Assembly: GCA_030604165.1 (NCBI GenBank)
Contig: JAUVWK010000001.1
Span: 37,484-61,483, forward strand
DNA length: 24,000 nucleotides
Direction: 5' to 3'
DNA from: Alphaproteobacteria bacterium
Lineage (GTDB): Bacteria; Pseudomonadota; Alphaproteobacteria; UBA828
Shown: in pieces, positions 1-8,939 of the stretch
Numbering within the stretch: the stretch's first letter is position 1
How the letters are laid out: each line of letters starts with the position of its first letter
The notes under the pieces: model-generated
The model's database searches: none
Told to the model about the DNA's origin: nothing
What the model saw: the letters and a program-made list of their open reading frames with translations, nothing else
Position numbers and translations under genes: made by a program

Positions 1-1025
1 ATCGGGTGCGCGTAGAAGTGTTCTCCATCGGCTTCGGTCCTGAGCTGTTTGGCGTCAACGACCGCCACGGCACGCGCTGGAAGTTTAGCGCTCTGCCGCT
101 AGGCGGCTATGTCAAGTTCTATGGCGACGCCGGTGTGGCCAGCGCGCCGGGCGAGCAGGCAGTGCAGTTGACGCCCGAGCAACGCGCCGTTTCGTTCCAC
201 CATAAGAGGGTTGGGCAACGCGCGGCCGTGGTGTTAGGCGGCCCGGCGGGCAACTTCGTCTTCGCGATCATACTTTTCGCTATTCTTTTCGGCACCGTGG
301 GGCAGCGCTACACGCCGGCCGAGATCCGCGAAGTCTTGCCGGATAGCGCGGCGGCGGAGGCGGGGCTGCGGCCCGGCGACACGATTATCGAGATCGACGG
401 AAGTCGAATCGACCGTTTCGAGGAGCTTCAGGTCATTGTTATGGGGAATCCCGGGCGGCCGCTCGATATGGTGATTCGGCGGGCGGACGCCGAGATCGAT
501 CTCGTGGTGACGCCGCGGCTGGTCGAACGAGAAGACCGGTTCGGCACCCAACATCAGATAGGCCAGTTGGGAATCACCGCCGGAATAGGATTCCGACAGC
601 ACGGTCCGGGTGGCGCCATCTGGGCGGCAGCCAAGGAGACCGCCTACATGACCGTCGCGACGCTGACGGCGGTCGGCCAGATGATCGCGGGATCTCGATC
701 GACCGACGAGCTCGGTGGGCCCATTCGCATCGCGGAAATGTCAGGCGAGGTGGCCCAAGAGGGCATCATCACCGTGCTGTTCTTTATGGCTATCCTGTCG
801 ATCAACCTCGGCCTTATTAATCTGTTTCCGGTTCCCATGCTGGACGGTGGGCACCTCGTGTTCTACTTGTTCGAGGCTGTCATGCGACGGCCGGTGAAGC
901 CGCGCGTCCAAGAGATCGGATTTCGCATCGGCTTTGTGCTGGTCATCGCCTTGATGGTCTGGGTAACCTCCAAGGATCTTATTCGGCTTGGTGTGGTGAG
1001 CTTTTTCAAAGGCCTCATTTCCTAA
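1..1025 (+). CDS. rseP: RIP (site-2) zinc metalloprotease RseP, 5' end outside the window
   Basis: The reading frame is open to the window edge (the listed GTG at 6 is internal). The translation has a PDZ-type middle region and the conserved C-terminal membrane motif NLFPVPMLDGGHL of RseP/YaeL. The N-terminal HExxH segment is missing, consistent with truncation. The gene sits directly upstream of bamA, as in most proteobacteria. Confidence 0.9.
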   Translation, partial: RVRVEVFSIGFGPELFGVNDRHGTRWKFSALPLGGYVKFYGDAGVASAPGEQAVQLTPEQRAVSFHHKRVGQRAAVVLGGPAGNFVFAIILFAILFGTVGQRYTPAEIREVLPDSAAAEAGLRPGDTIIEIDGSRIDRFEELQVIVMGNPGRPLDMVIRRADAEIDLVVTPRLVEREDRFGTQHQIGQLGITAGIGFRQHGPGGAIWAAAKETAYMTVATLTAVGQMIAGSRSTDELGGPIRIAEMSGEVAQEGIITVLFFMAILSINLGLINLFPVPMLDGGHLVFYLFEAVMRRPVKPRVQEIGFRIGFVLVIALMVWVTSKDLIRLGVVSFFKGLIS

Positions 1026-1033
1026 GGCCCGCC

Positions 1034-3343
1034 ATGCGCGCTGGGGGGGGATGTTCGCGGTATCCGGGCCTTGGGCTCCAAGGTGCCGTTGTCTGCGCCC
1101 TCGTCTTGCTTGTTCTGATATGGGCCGTCCCCGCGCCGGCTCAGGAGTCCGCGGGCTTGATCGGCGCGGTCGAGGTCGAAGGCAACGAGCGGATCGAGGT
1201 CGATACGATCCGCTCCTACATGGCCATCGGCCCCGGCGACCCGTTCGACGCCAGCGCGATCAATCGTTCGCTGAAAAGCTTGTTCGCCACCGGTCTGTTC
1301 GCCGATGTCACGATTCGACGCGAGGCCGATGCGCTGATCATACGCGTGGTCGAAAACCCGATCATCAACCGGGTCGCGTTCGAAGGCAATCAGCGCATCG
1401 ACGACGAATCGCTTGAAGCGGAAGTTCAGCTTCGTCCCCGCGTGGTCTATACCCGCACGCGCGTGCAGAGCGACGCGCAACGCATCATCGAAATTTATCG
1501 GCGCAGCGGGCGTTTCGCCGCCAACGTCGAACCCAAGGTAATTCAACTGCCTCAGAACCGGGTGGACCTGGTCTTCGAGATCGACGAAGGGCCGCTCACC
1601 GGCATTCGCCGCATCAGCTTCATCGGCAATCGAAAATTTAGCGATGGCTCGCTGCGCGACGAGATTCAGACGCGGGAATCCGCGTGGTGGCGCTTTTTCA
1701 CGAGCGACGACACCTACGATCCCGATCGCCTCACCTTCGATCGGGAACTGTTGCGGAAGTTCTATTTAGGCGAGGGCTACGCCGATTTTCGGGTTGTCTC
1801 GGCGGTGGCCGAGTTGACCAGCAACCGGGAGGATTTCTACATAACCTTCACGGTCGAGGAGGGGGAACGATACCGGTTTGGCTCCATCGACGTGGACAGC
1901 CGCCTGCGAGACCTGGATGGTCCGGCGCTGATGCCGCTGGTTACGGTTTTCGAGGACGACTGGTACGACGCCGACGAAGTGGAAAATACCATTCAGGAGC
2001 TGACCGATACGGTCGGTAGTTTGGGCTACGCGTTCGTCGATATCAGGCCACGGCTGAAACGAGATCGCGCGGCCCACCGTGTCGATGTGGTCTTCCAAAT
2101 CGACGAGGGACCGAAGGTCTATGTGCGGCGGATCGATATCGTCGGCAACGTCCGAACCCTCGATAAGGTCATCCGGCGCGAGTTCCGGCTGGTTGAAGGC
2201 GATGCGTTCAACGCCGCTAAAATTCGCCGCTCGCGGCAGGCCATACGCAATCTCGGTTTTTTCCAGAGCATCGAGGTCGGCACAACACAGGGCGAGGAGC
2301 CGGATCAATCGATCTTGACCGTCGAGGTCGAGGAGCAATCGACAGGCGAACTCAGCTTCGGCGCCGGCGTCTCGACCATCGACGGTATTTTGGGTGAAAT
2401 CAGCATTCAGGAACGCAACTTGCTGGGCCGGGGGCAAGATCTCCGCTTGGCGTTCACGCTGTCCTCGCGCCGCCAAGAGATTGATCTGAGCTTCACCGAG
2501 CCGTATTTCCTGGATCGCAACATTTCGGCGGGATTCGATGCGTTCCGCAAGACCCTCGACCTCCAGCGCGAAAGCTCATTCGATCAGGATTCCATCGGCT
2601 TCAACCTGCGCACGTCGTACCGCGTCACGGATAACCTCCGGCATTCACTCAATTACGCGTTGCGACGCGACGAGATCAGTGACGTGAACGTGAACGCGTC
2701 GCGCCTCATCCGAGAGCAGGAGGGTTCGGCGACGACTTCTTTGGTGGGGCAGACCTTCGAATACGATGCGCGCGATAATCGTATCGACCCATCCGAAGGA
2801 TTCGTGCTGCGGTTCAGGCAGGAGCTGGCAGGCGTAGGCGGTGACGTGCGCTATATAAGGCACACGTCGCGATATGGAAAATATTGGCCGATTAGGGAGG
2901 ATTGGGTCGCCAGCCTACTGGTTCGCCAAGGACACATCCTGGGCCTCGGTCAGGACGTTCGAATCAACGACCGATTTTTTCTGGGCGGCAATTCCTTACG
3001 TGGCTTCAGGCCGGCCGGGGTCGGGCCGCGCGATGTGACCACCAATGATTCGCTCGGTGGTAACTTATTCTATTCGGGAACGATCGAGCTCAGCATCCCG
3101 CTTAATTTGACCGACGCCTTTGACATTCGTGGCAAGCTCTTTTCCGATGCCGGCAGTCTCGCTACGATTGACGATGACGGCTCCGAGATTGCCGATGTCG
3201 GCAGTTTGCGTGCTTCGGTTGGCGTCGGTTTGGCCTATAAATCACCGCTTGGCCCAATACGAATTGACTTCACCAAGGCAGTTCTGCAGGAAAGTTTCGA
3301 CGAAACCGAGATCTTTCGTTTCAGCTTCGGCACGAGGTTTTAG
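1034..3343 (+). CDS. bamA: Outer membrane protein assembly factor BamA (Omp85 family)
   Basis: 769 aa with an N-terminal signal peptide (hydrophobic core then APAQE). Repeated POTRA-like modules are followed by an Omp85 beta-barrel ending in the aromatic terminus FSFGTRF. Canonical position between rseP and skp/lpxD. Confidence 0.95.
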   Translation: MRAGGGCSRYPGLGLQGAVVCALVLLVLIWAVPAPAQESAGLIGAVEVEGNERIEVDTIRSYMAIGPGDPFDASAINRSLKSLFATGLFADVTIRREADALIIRVVENPIINRVAFEGNQRIDDESLEAEVQLRPRVVYTRTRVQSDAQRIIEIYRRSGRFAANVEPKVIQLPQNRVDLVFEIDEGPLTGIRRISFIGNRKFSDGSLRDEIQTRESAWWRFFTSDDTYDPDRLTFDRELLRKFYLGEGYADFRVVSAVAELTSNREDFYITFTVEEGERYRFGSIDVDSRLRDLDGPALMPLVTVFEDDWYDADEVENTIQELTDTVGSLGYAFVDIRPRLKRDRAAHRVDVVFQIDEGPKVYVRRIDIVGNVRTLDKVIRREFRLVEGDAFNAAKIRRSRQAIRNLGFFQSIEVGTTQGEEPDQSILTVEVEEQSTGELSFGAGVSTIDGILGEISIQERNLLGRGQDLRLAFTLSSRRQEIDLSFTEPYFLDRNISAGFDAFRKTLDLQRESSFDQDSIGFNLRTSYRVTDNLRHSLNYALRRDEISDVNVNASRLIREQEGSATTSLVGQTFEYDARDNRIDPSEGFVLRFRQELAGVGGDVRYIRHTSRYGKYWPIREDWVASLLVRQGHILGLGQDVRINDRFFLGGNSLRGFRPAGVGPRDVTTNDSLGGNLFYSGTIELSIPLNLTDAFDIRGKLFSDAGSLATIDDDGSEIADVGSLRASVGVGLAYKSPLGPIRIDFTKAVLQESFDETEIFRFSFGTRF

Positions 3344-3345
3344 CA

Positions 3346-3909
3346 ATGAATCCGACGTTGACCAGGGCTCTCGTGGCGGCGCTGATCGCTTTCGGCCTCG
3401 TCAACAGTGTTGGCGTGGCGACGGCGCAGCAAATTCCCCCGGCCGTCATTGCCGTGGTTCAGGTTCAAACCATCATGAGCGAGGCCAAGGCCGCCCGGTC
3501 GATCCAGCAGCAGATAGAGCAACAGCGTAGCCAGTACCAAGCGGAAATCTCCGCCGAGGAGATCAGGCTCCGGGAGCTCGAGCAGGAGCTCGCGCGCCAG
3601 CGCTCGGTTCTGTCGCCGGAAGCCTACGCTGGAAAGCGGCGCGAGTTCGAGGATCAGGTTGCCACGGTGCAGCGCGCGGTGCAGGATCGTCGGCGCGCCC
3701 TGGACAAAGCCTATGGCGAGGGCCTTCGACGCGTTCAGGACGAGCTCACCGCCGTGATCGGCGAGATCGCCCAGGAACAAGGCATCACGCTCGTCTTGCC
3801 GGTTTCCCAAACACTGTTTGCCGAGACCGTGCTCCGGATCACGCCGGAGGCCTTGAAGCGCCTCGATGAGCGATTGCCGGCGGTGAAGCTCGAGTTTCCC
3901 GAGAGTTGA
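3346..3909 (+). CDS. skp: OmpH/Skp family periplasmic chaperone
   Basis: 187 aa with a signal peptide (LVNSVGVATAQQ) and a Q/E/R-rich coiled-coil body. It starts 3 nt after the bamA stop and lies between bamA and lpxD, the conserved skp position. Confidence 0.85.
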   Translation: MNPTLTRALVAALIAFGLVNSVGVATAQQIPPAVIAVVQVQTIMSEAKAARSIQQQIEQQRSQYQAEISAEEIRLRELEQELARQRSVLSPEAYAGKRREFEDQVATVQRAVQDRRRALDKAYGEGLRRVQDELTAVIGEIAQEQGITLVLPVSQTLFAETVLRITPEALKRLDERLPAVKLEFPES

Positions 3910-3915
3910 ACAGAC

Positions 3916-4938
3916 ATGGTGGATTCGCGTTTTTATACGGCTGCCGGACCGTTTAGCGTCGCCGAACTGGCGGAGTTGAGTGGCGCGACGCTCGGCGCGG
4001 GCGCGGCTGCGGAAAAACTGCTGATCGATGTTGCACCCCTCCAAACGGCGGGGCCGGAACATCTGAGTTTTCTGGACAACCGGCTTTACCTGGAGGCGTT
4101 TGTGAATAGCGGGGCGGGGGCCTGTATCGTTCATCCCGACTTGGCGGCGCGCGCGCCGGGCGGTATGGCCGTGCTCCTCAGTGAGGGGCCCTACAAAGCG
4201 TATGCGCTGGCGGCAAGCGCCTTTTACCCGCCCGCCAAGCCCGAACCCGGCATTGCCAAGAGTGCGGTCGTCGCCGCGGGCGTCGTGCTCGGTGACGGCT
4301 GCCGTGTGGAGCCCGGCGCGGTGATCGGCGAGGGCGTCGAGGTGGGCGCGCGGTGCTGGATCGGCGCTAACGCGGTGATCGGCGCTGGGGTTGTGCTGGG
4401 CGATGACACGATCGTTGGGGCCTGTGCTTCGCTCGCCAGTTGCATCGTCGGCAATCGGGTCCACATCTATCCCGGGGCCCGCATCGGACAGGAGGGCTTC
4501 GGGTTCGCGCCCGATCCGGCCGGCCACGCCCGGGTTCCGCAAGTCGGTCGGGTGATCATCCATGACGATGTGGAGATCGGGGCGAACACGACCATAGACC
4601 GGGGCGCCGGCCCGGACACCGTGATCGGCCGGGGCTGCAGGATCGACAATCTGGTCCAGATCGGCCACAACGTTGAACTCGGACGCGGCTGCATTATCGT
4701 CGGGCAGGCCGGTATTTCCGGCAGCACGAAGCTGGGGGATTTCGTTGCCGTCGGAGGTCAGGGCGGGATCGCGGGGCACTTAGATCTGGGCGCTGGCGCG
4801 AGGGTCGCGGGGCAAAGTGGCGTGATGCGCGATGTTGCTCCGGGCGCTACAGTGGGTGGTTATCCGGCGGTTCCGATCCGCGACTGGCACCGCCAGACCA
4901 TAGCGATAGCCAAACTCCTGAAGAGGAAGACCGGTTGA
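3916..4938 (+). CDS. lpxD: UDP-3-O-acylglucosamine N-acyltransferase
   Basis: 340 aa. An N-terminal LpxD domain ([14 protein letters not shown]) is followed by a long left-handed beta-helix hexapeptide repeat region (VIGxGxxIG repeats). Conserved lpxD-fabZ-lpxA order. Confidence 0.95.
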   Translation: MVDSRFYTAAGPFSVAELAELSGATLGAGAAAEKLLIDVAPLQTAGPEHLSFLDNRLYLEAFVNSGAGACIVHPDLAARAPGGMAVLLSEGPYKAYALAASAFYPPAKPEPGIAKSAVVAAGVVLGDGCRVEPGAVIGEGVEVGARCWIGANAVIGAGVVLGDDTIVGACASLASCIVGNRVHIYPGARIGQEGFGFAPDPAGHARVPQVGRVIIHDDVEIGANTTIDRGAGPDTVIGRGCRIDNLVQIGHNVELGRGCIIVGQAGISGSTKLGDFVAVGGQGGIAGHLDLGAGARVAGQSGVMRDVAPGATVGGYPAVPIRDWHRQTIAIAKLLKRKTG

Positions 4939-4942
4939 GCCA

Positions 4943-5434
4943 ATGAGCGATACGTCACGGACATTGCGAGACGAAGTTCAGGACACGGCTGTCGAGCAGC
5001 TCGATATCGAGCGGGTGCTAGAGTTGATCCCGCATCGTTATCCGTTCCTGATGATCGATCGGGTGGTTGATTTGGTTCGCGATCGACACGCCACCGGGAT
5101 CAAGAACGTGTCGATCAACGAGGCGCATTTCCAAGGTCATTTCCCGCGGCGGCCGGTCATGCCGGGCGTCTTGATTATCGAAGCGATGGCGCAAACCGCA
5201 GCCGTCCTCGTTGTCCGCACGCTTGGCAAGGAGTTTGAGGGCAAATTGGTCTATTTCATGTCGGTGGACAATTGCCGTTTTCGAAAACCCGTATTTCCGG
5301 GCGATCAGATGCGCGTTCACGTGATCAAGAAACGGCGCCGCGCAAATGTCTGGAAATTCGAGGCCGAGGTCACGGTGGATGGCGAGGCCGTGGCGGGCGC
5401 GACCTATGCCGCGATGATCTTGGACGACACCTGA
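4943..5434 (+). CDS. fabZ: 3-hydroxyacyl-ACP dehydratase FabZ
   Basis: 163 aa hot-dog fold protein with FabZ signatures LIPHRYPFLMIDRV and HFQGHFPRRPVMPGVLIIEAMAQ. Confidence 0.95.
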   Translation: MSDTSRTLRDEVQDTAVEQLDIERVLELIPHRYPFLMIDRVVDLVRDRHATGIKNVSINEAHFQGHFPRRPVMPGVLIIEAMAQTAAVLVVRTLGKEFEGKLVYFMSVDNCRFRKPVFPGDQMRVHVIKKRRRANVWKFEAEVTVDGEAVAGATYAAMILDDT

Positions 5435-6234
5435 TGGAGATGATCCATCCCACGGCGCTGATCGATCCGAGCGCCCGTGTTGGCGACGGCGTCAAGGTCG
5501 GTCCCTATTCGGTGGTCGGCGCCGAGGTCGAGCTTGGCGATAATGTCGAATTGATCTCCCACGCCGTGGTAACCGGACGCACGCGGCTCGGCGCGGGCAC
5601 GACAGTCTATCCCTTCGCTTCGATCGGCCATCAGCCACAGGACATGAAATATGACGGCGAGCCGTCCTCGCTCGAAATCGGCGAGAACAACGTGATCCGC
5701 GAGCACGTCACGATAAATCCCGGCACCGCGGGTGGCGACATGGTGACTCGTATCGGCGAAGGCTGTCTGTTCATGGTGGGCGCACACGTGGCGCATGACT
5801 GCATGATCGGCGATCATGTCGTCTTGGCGAACAACGCGACGCTCGGCGGCCATGTCAAGATCGGCGAATGGGCGATCATCGGGGGTATGACGGCCATCCA
5901 TCAATATGTTCGCATCGGCCGCCACGCCATCGTCGGCGGCATGACGGGCGTTGAGCACGATGTCATTCCCTACGGGTCCGTGGTTGGCGATCGCGGGCGC
6001 CTGGCGGGGCTAAACCTTATTGGACTCAAGCGGCGCGGTTTCGGCCGCGATACGATTCACGATCTGCGCCGCGCCTTCCGTTTGTTGTTCGCCGACGAGG
6101 GCACGATGACGGAGCGCGTTTCCGACGTCTCCGAATTGTTTATCGAAAACGAGCCGGTCATGGATATCGTAAACTTCATCCAGGTCGAGAGTTCGCGTTC
6201 CATCTGCCAGCCTAAAATGGATGGCGCCGACTAA
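5434..6234 (+). CDS. lpxA: Acyl-ACP--UDP-N-acetylglucosamine O-acyltransferase
   Basis: The start is taken at ATG 5434, which overlaps the fabZ stop (TGATG) and gives MEMIHPTALIDPSARVG, a typical LpxA N-terminus. Hexapeptide repeats and a C-terminal helical domain are present. The ORF-track extension 5272-5433 lies inside fabZ and is R/G-rich junk. Confidence 0.93.
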   Translation: MEMIHPTALIDPSARVGDGVKVGPYSVVGAEVELGDNVELISHAVVTGRTRLGAGTTVYPFASIGHQPQDMKYDGEPSSLEIGENNVIREHVTINPGTAGGDMVTRIGEGCLFMVGAHVAHDCMIGDHVVLANNATLGGHVKIGEWAIIGGMTAIHQYVRIGRHAIVGGMTGVEHDVIPYGSVVGDRGRLAGLNLIGLKRRGFGRDTIHDLRRAFRLLFADEGTMTERVSDVSELFIENEPVMDIVNFIQVESSRSICQPKMDGAD

Positions 6235-7045
6235 GCTGGGCATCATAGCGGGTAGCGGCCCGCTGCCCGGCAACATTGCGCGCTCGTGCCAAACCTCGGG
6301 GCGCGAGGTATTCATTGTTGCCTTCGAGGGTGAAACCGAACCGCAAACCTGCACGGGCGCTCCGCATGTCTGGCTGCGGCTTGGCGCGGTGGGCGAATTG
6401 CTGCGCCAGCTCAAGCGCGCCGGTTGCCGCGAAATCGTGCTCGCCGGGCCTATCCGCCGTCCCTCCTTCAAGACCCTGAAGCTCGACATGCGGGGCCTCA
6501 AGCTGATGGGGAAGATCGGCAGGGCCATGGGGCGCGGCGACGACGCGTTGTTCTCGATCATCGTTCAGGAGCTTGAAGACGAAGGCTTCCGTGTCGTCGG
6601 TGCCGACACCGTATTGGCTGAGCTTGCCGCGGCCGAGGGTGTGCTCGGCCGCGTGGCGCCTGACGACGAGGCCTTGCGGGATATCGAGCTGGGTTGTCGG
6701 GTGGCGCGCTCGCTCGGCACCGCCGACGTCGGTCAAGCGGTCATCGTGCATCAGGGTGTCGTGCTGGGCGTTGAGGCGGTCGAAGGAACGGACGCGCTCA
6801 TCGAACGGTGCGCGGCGCTTCGGCGGGAGAATTCCGGCGGGGTTCTGATCAAACTCAAGAAGCCCGACCAGGAGCGCCGGGTCGACCTGCCGACCATCGG
6901 CGCCAATACGATCACCCGCGCGGCGGAAGCGGGTCTGAGCGGGGTTGCCGTGGAGGCTGGCGAATCCTTGATCCTCGACCGCGAGGCGGTGATCGCGGAG
7001 GCGGACGAGCGCGGACTCTTTGTCGTCGGTATCGCGAGCCCGTGA
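6221..7045 (+). CDS. lpxI: UDP-2,3-diacylglucosamine diphosphatase LpxI (DUF1009 family)
   Basis: 274 aa. The N-terminus KLGIIAGSGPLP and the C-terminal part DLPTIGANTI match the LpxI/DUF1009 pattern. Its location between lpxA and lpxB is the alphaproteobacterial replacement for lpxH. Confidence 0.85.
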   Translation: MAPTKLGIIAGSGPLPGNIARSCQTSGREVFIVAFEGETEPQTCTGAPHVWLRLGAVGELLRQLKRAGCREIVLAGPIRRPSFKTLKLDMRGLKLMGKIGRAMGRGDDALFSIIVQELEDEGFRVVGADTVLAELAAAEGVLGRVAPDDEALRDIELGCRVARSLGTADVGQAVIVHQGVVLGVEAVEGTDALIERCAALRRENSGGVLIKLKKPDQERRVDLPTIGANTITRAAEAGLSGVAVEAGESLILDREAVIAEADERGLFVVGIASP

Positions 7046-8220
7046 GCGCGGTGGCGGGCCATTCCAAGGGCGATACGCGGCTCGTTTTTATGGTGGCGGG
7101 GGAGGCTTCGGGCGACCTGATCGGCGCGCGCCTCATGGCCGCGCTCAAACGGCGCACCGGTGGCGCGGTACGCTTCGCCGGCGTCGGCGGCGAGCTCATG
7201 ATGGCCGAGGGCATCGAAAGCCTGTTTCCGATTTCCGAATTATCGGTCATGGGCCTGCTCGAGGTCGCGCCTCACGTGCCCCGCTTGCTTCGCCGCATCC
7301 GAGAGACCGCGGCCGCGGCCCGGCGCTTGCGCCCCAATGCGGTCGTGACCATCGATTCGCCGGAATTCAATTTCCGCGTCGCCCAGCGCCTGGTCGGCGC
7401 CGGCATGCCGCTCATCCATTACGTCGCCCCGACGGTTTGGGCCTATCGTCCCAAGCGGGCCGAGGCGATCGCCAAGTTCCTGGATCATCTCCTGCTCTTG
7501 TTTCCCTTCGAGCCGCCTTTTTTCGAAGCCGTCGATCTGCCCCATACGTTTGTCGGCCACCCGTTGGTCGAGGAAGCGATCGAGGCGGCCGACGGCCAGG
7601 CGTTTCGGGCGCGGCATAATATTCTGCCGGATACCGCCGTTGTCGCAGTGCTGCCCGGAAGCCGCCACAGCGAGCTCATCCGTCATTTGCCCGTGTTCGA
7701 GCGCACTCTCGCGGCCCTTGGCGCCCGCCGCGCGGGTCTACATTTGTTGATGCCGGTGGTGTCGCCGCTCGTGACGGAGTTGAAATCGGCCGTGGCCAAC
7801 TGGGGTTTGCCGCTCACAGTGGTCGAGGGCAAGGCCGAGAAATACGCGGCCTTCGCGGCCAGCGACGTGGCGCTCGCGGCATCCGGAACCGTCACGCTCG
7901 AGCTCGCCTTCGCCGGTGTGCCCATGGTGGTGGCTTACCGGGCCAACTGGCTGACCGCGGCGCTCGCCCGGCGCCTTCTGCGCGTGCCCCATGTCGCGAT
8001 GGTGAATATCGTGCTGGGGCGTGGCGTCGTGCCGGAGTTTTTGCAGGAAAATTGCCGCGCCGACCGGCTGATGCCCGCGCTTGAGCATCTTTTGGCCGAT
8101 CGGCGGGCGCGGCGGGCTCAAATCGATGCCTACCAGGAGAGCGCTGCGCGGCTCGGCAGCGGCGGACAGCCGCCGAGCGAGCGCGCCGCCGATACGGTAT
8201 TGGCGCTGATGAAAGATTAG
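7042..8220 (+). CDS. lpxB: Lipid-A-disaccharide synthase
   Basis: The start is taken at GTG 7042, which overlaps the lpxI stop (GTGA). The resulting N-terminus places LVFMVAGEASGDLIGARLMAAL about 13 residues in, matching the LpxB GExSGD motif. The upstream part of the 6808 ORF overlaps lpxI out of frame. Confidence 0.9.
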   Translation: MSAVAGHSKGDTRLVFMVAGEASGDLIGARLMAALKRRTGGAVRFAGVGGELMMAEGIESLFPISELSVMGLLEVAPHVPRLLRRIRETAAAARRLRPNAVVTIDSPEFNFRVAQRLVGAGMPLIHYVAPTVWAYRPKRAEAIAKFLDHLLLLFPFEPPFFEAVDLPHTFVGHPLVEEAIEAADGQAFRARHNILPDTAVVAVLPGSRHSELIRHLPVFERTLAALGARRAGLHLLMPVVSPLVTELKSAVANWGLPLTVVEGKAEKYAAFAASDVALAASGTVTLELAFAGVPMVVAYRANWLTAALARRLLRVPHVAMVNIVLGRGVVPEFLQENCRADRLMPALEHLLADRRARRAQIDAYQESAARLGSGGQPPSERAADTVLALMKD

Positions 8221-8283
8221 GGCATGTTCCCTTTGCCTGGAATTGCTCAGGCTGGTGGAACAAACGATGGGGACCAGGGCACT

Positions 8284-8703
8284 ATGGCGCAAAACACCGA
8301 CGATGCGGCACCTAGGGCTCGACTGCTGCACACCATGGTGCGGGTTCGGGATCTGGACCGTTCGCTCGACTTCTATACTCGGTTGTTGGGGATGGACCTT
8401 CTGCGCAAGACCGACTTCTCGGGTGGGCGCTTCACCTTGGCCTTCGTGGGATACGGCGACGAAGACACCGACACGGTGATCGAGCTCACCCATAACTGGG
8501 ATCAAGAGACGCCTTACGAGCTTGGCACCGGTTTCGGCCACTTGGCCATCGGCGTGGCCGACATTTACGGCACTTGCGAACAGCTCGCCGCCGCGGGGGT
8601 CTCGATTCCACGTCCGCCCGGGCCGATGAAGCATGGCACGACGGTGATCGCGTTCGTCGAGGACCCCGACGGCTATAAGATCGAATTGGTCGAGCGGAGC
8701 TGA
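8284..8703 (+). CDS. gloA: Lactoylglutathione lyase (glyoxalase I)
   Basis: Strong similarity by eye to E. coli GloA across the protein (LLHTMVRVRDLDRSLDFY, VIELTHNW, TVIAFVEDPDGYKIELVE). ATG 8284 is preferred over ATG 8224 because the extra 20 residues are not GloA-like. The start remains uncertain. Confidence 0.85.
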   Translation: MAQNTDDAAPRARLLHTMVRVRDLDRSLDFYTRLLGMDLLRKTDFSGGRFTLAFVGYGDEDTDTVIELTHNWDQETPYELGTGFGHLAIGVADIYGTCEQLAAAGVSIPRPPGPMKHGTTVIAFVEDPDGYKIELVERS

Positions 8704-8725
8704 TCTGCCAGGCTTCCGCCAGGCT

Positions 8726-8935
8726 CTATAAGAGCAGGGTCACCGCGATGTAGGCGAAGCTGCCGGCGCCCACCGCCAGAGCGGCCCACGCGACGACGCG
8801 CCGCCACGCCGGCGGTCGATTGTCGTTGGCGGGCCACGCATGCCAAGCGTAGGGCTTGGTGCGCACGGGGCGGGCGGCGCGGCCCGTGCCGGGCCGCGCC
8901 GATTCATGGCGGGCACCGCCTCTGGCCGTGCGCAT
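8726..8935 (-). CDS. Hypothetical small basic protein with a C-terminal transmembrane helix (candidate)
   Basis: 69 aa from ATG 8935 (73 aa from GTG 8947). The ATG lies 4 nt after the gltA TAA stop. Hand-counted third-position GC is about 84%, like real genes here. The C-terminus VVAWAALAVGAGSFAYIAVTLLL is a plausible TM helix. No family recognised. Confidence 0.3.
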   Translation of the reverse strand: MRTARGGARHESARPGTGRAARPVRTKPYAWHAWPANDNRPPAWRRVVAWAALAVGAGSFAYIAVTLLL

Positions 8936-8939
8936 ACCC

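Noticed and set aside
1043-1050. G8 homopolymer in codons 4-7 of bamA (GCT GGG GGG GGA), considered as a possible slipped-strand phase-variation tract.
   Set aside because: bamA is essential and there is no alternative in-frame start that would rescue a frameshift. Gly-Gly-Gly in a signal-peptide n-region of a GC-rich genome is a sufficient explanation. It is worth remembering only as a sequencing-error hotspot.
3340-4779. 479-aa minus-strand ORF antisense to skp and lpxD. Similar long antisense or out-of-frame ORFs occur at 20638-22143 (-, 501 aa), 17421-18869 (+, 482 aa), 11132-12772 (+, 546 aa), 8856-9947 (+, 363 aa), 7738-8634 (-, 298 aa), 13446-14195 (-) and 12929-13861 (+).
   Set aside because: All lie opposite to or out of frame with genes that have unmistakable homology. 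Their translations are low-complexity R/A/G/P-rich with no motifs. Long stop-free shadow frames are expected in DNA of about 65% GC. The 11132-12772 ORF even runs across the gltX/comEC intergenic region.
5272-5433. N-terminal extensions suggested by the ORF track for lpxA (5272), lpxB (6808), moaC (16964), gltA (10298), lexA (15031), the methyltransferase (19461), the 108-aa version of the small ORF (20470) and the deacetylase (22127).
   Set aside because: The extensions overlap the preceding genes or regulatory DNA and are compositionally junk. They are replaced by downstream starts that give family-typical N-termini, SD sequences or stop/start overlaps.
8707-8725. Direct repeat GCCAGGCT-TCC-GCCAGGCT (8-mers with 11-bp periodicity) just after the gloA stop.
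   Set aside because: It is too short to distinguish from chance. It has no inverted-repeat or terminator character and no recognisable binding-site family. It is noted but cannot be interpreted.
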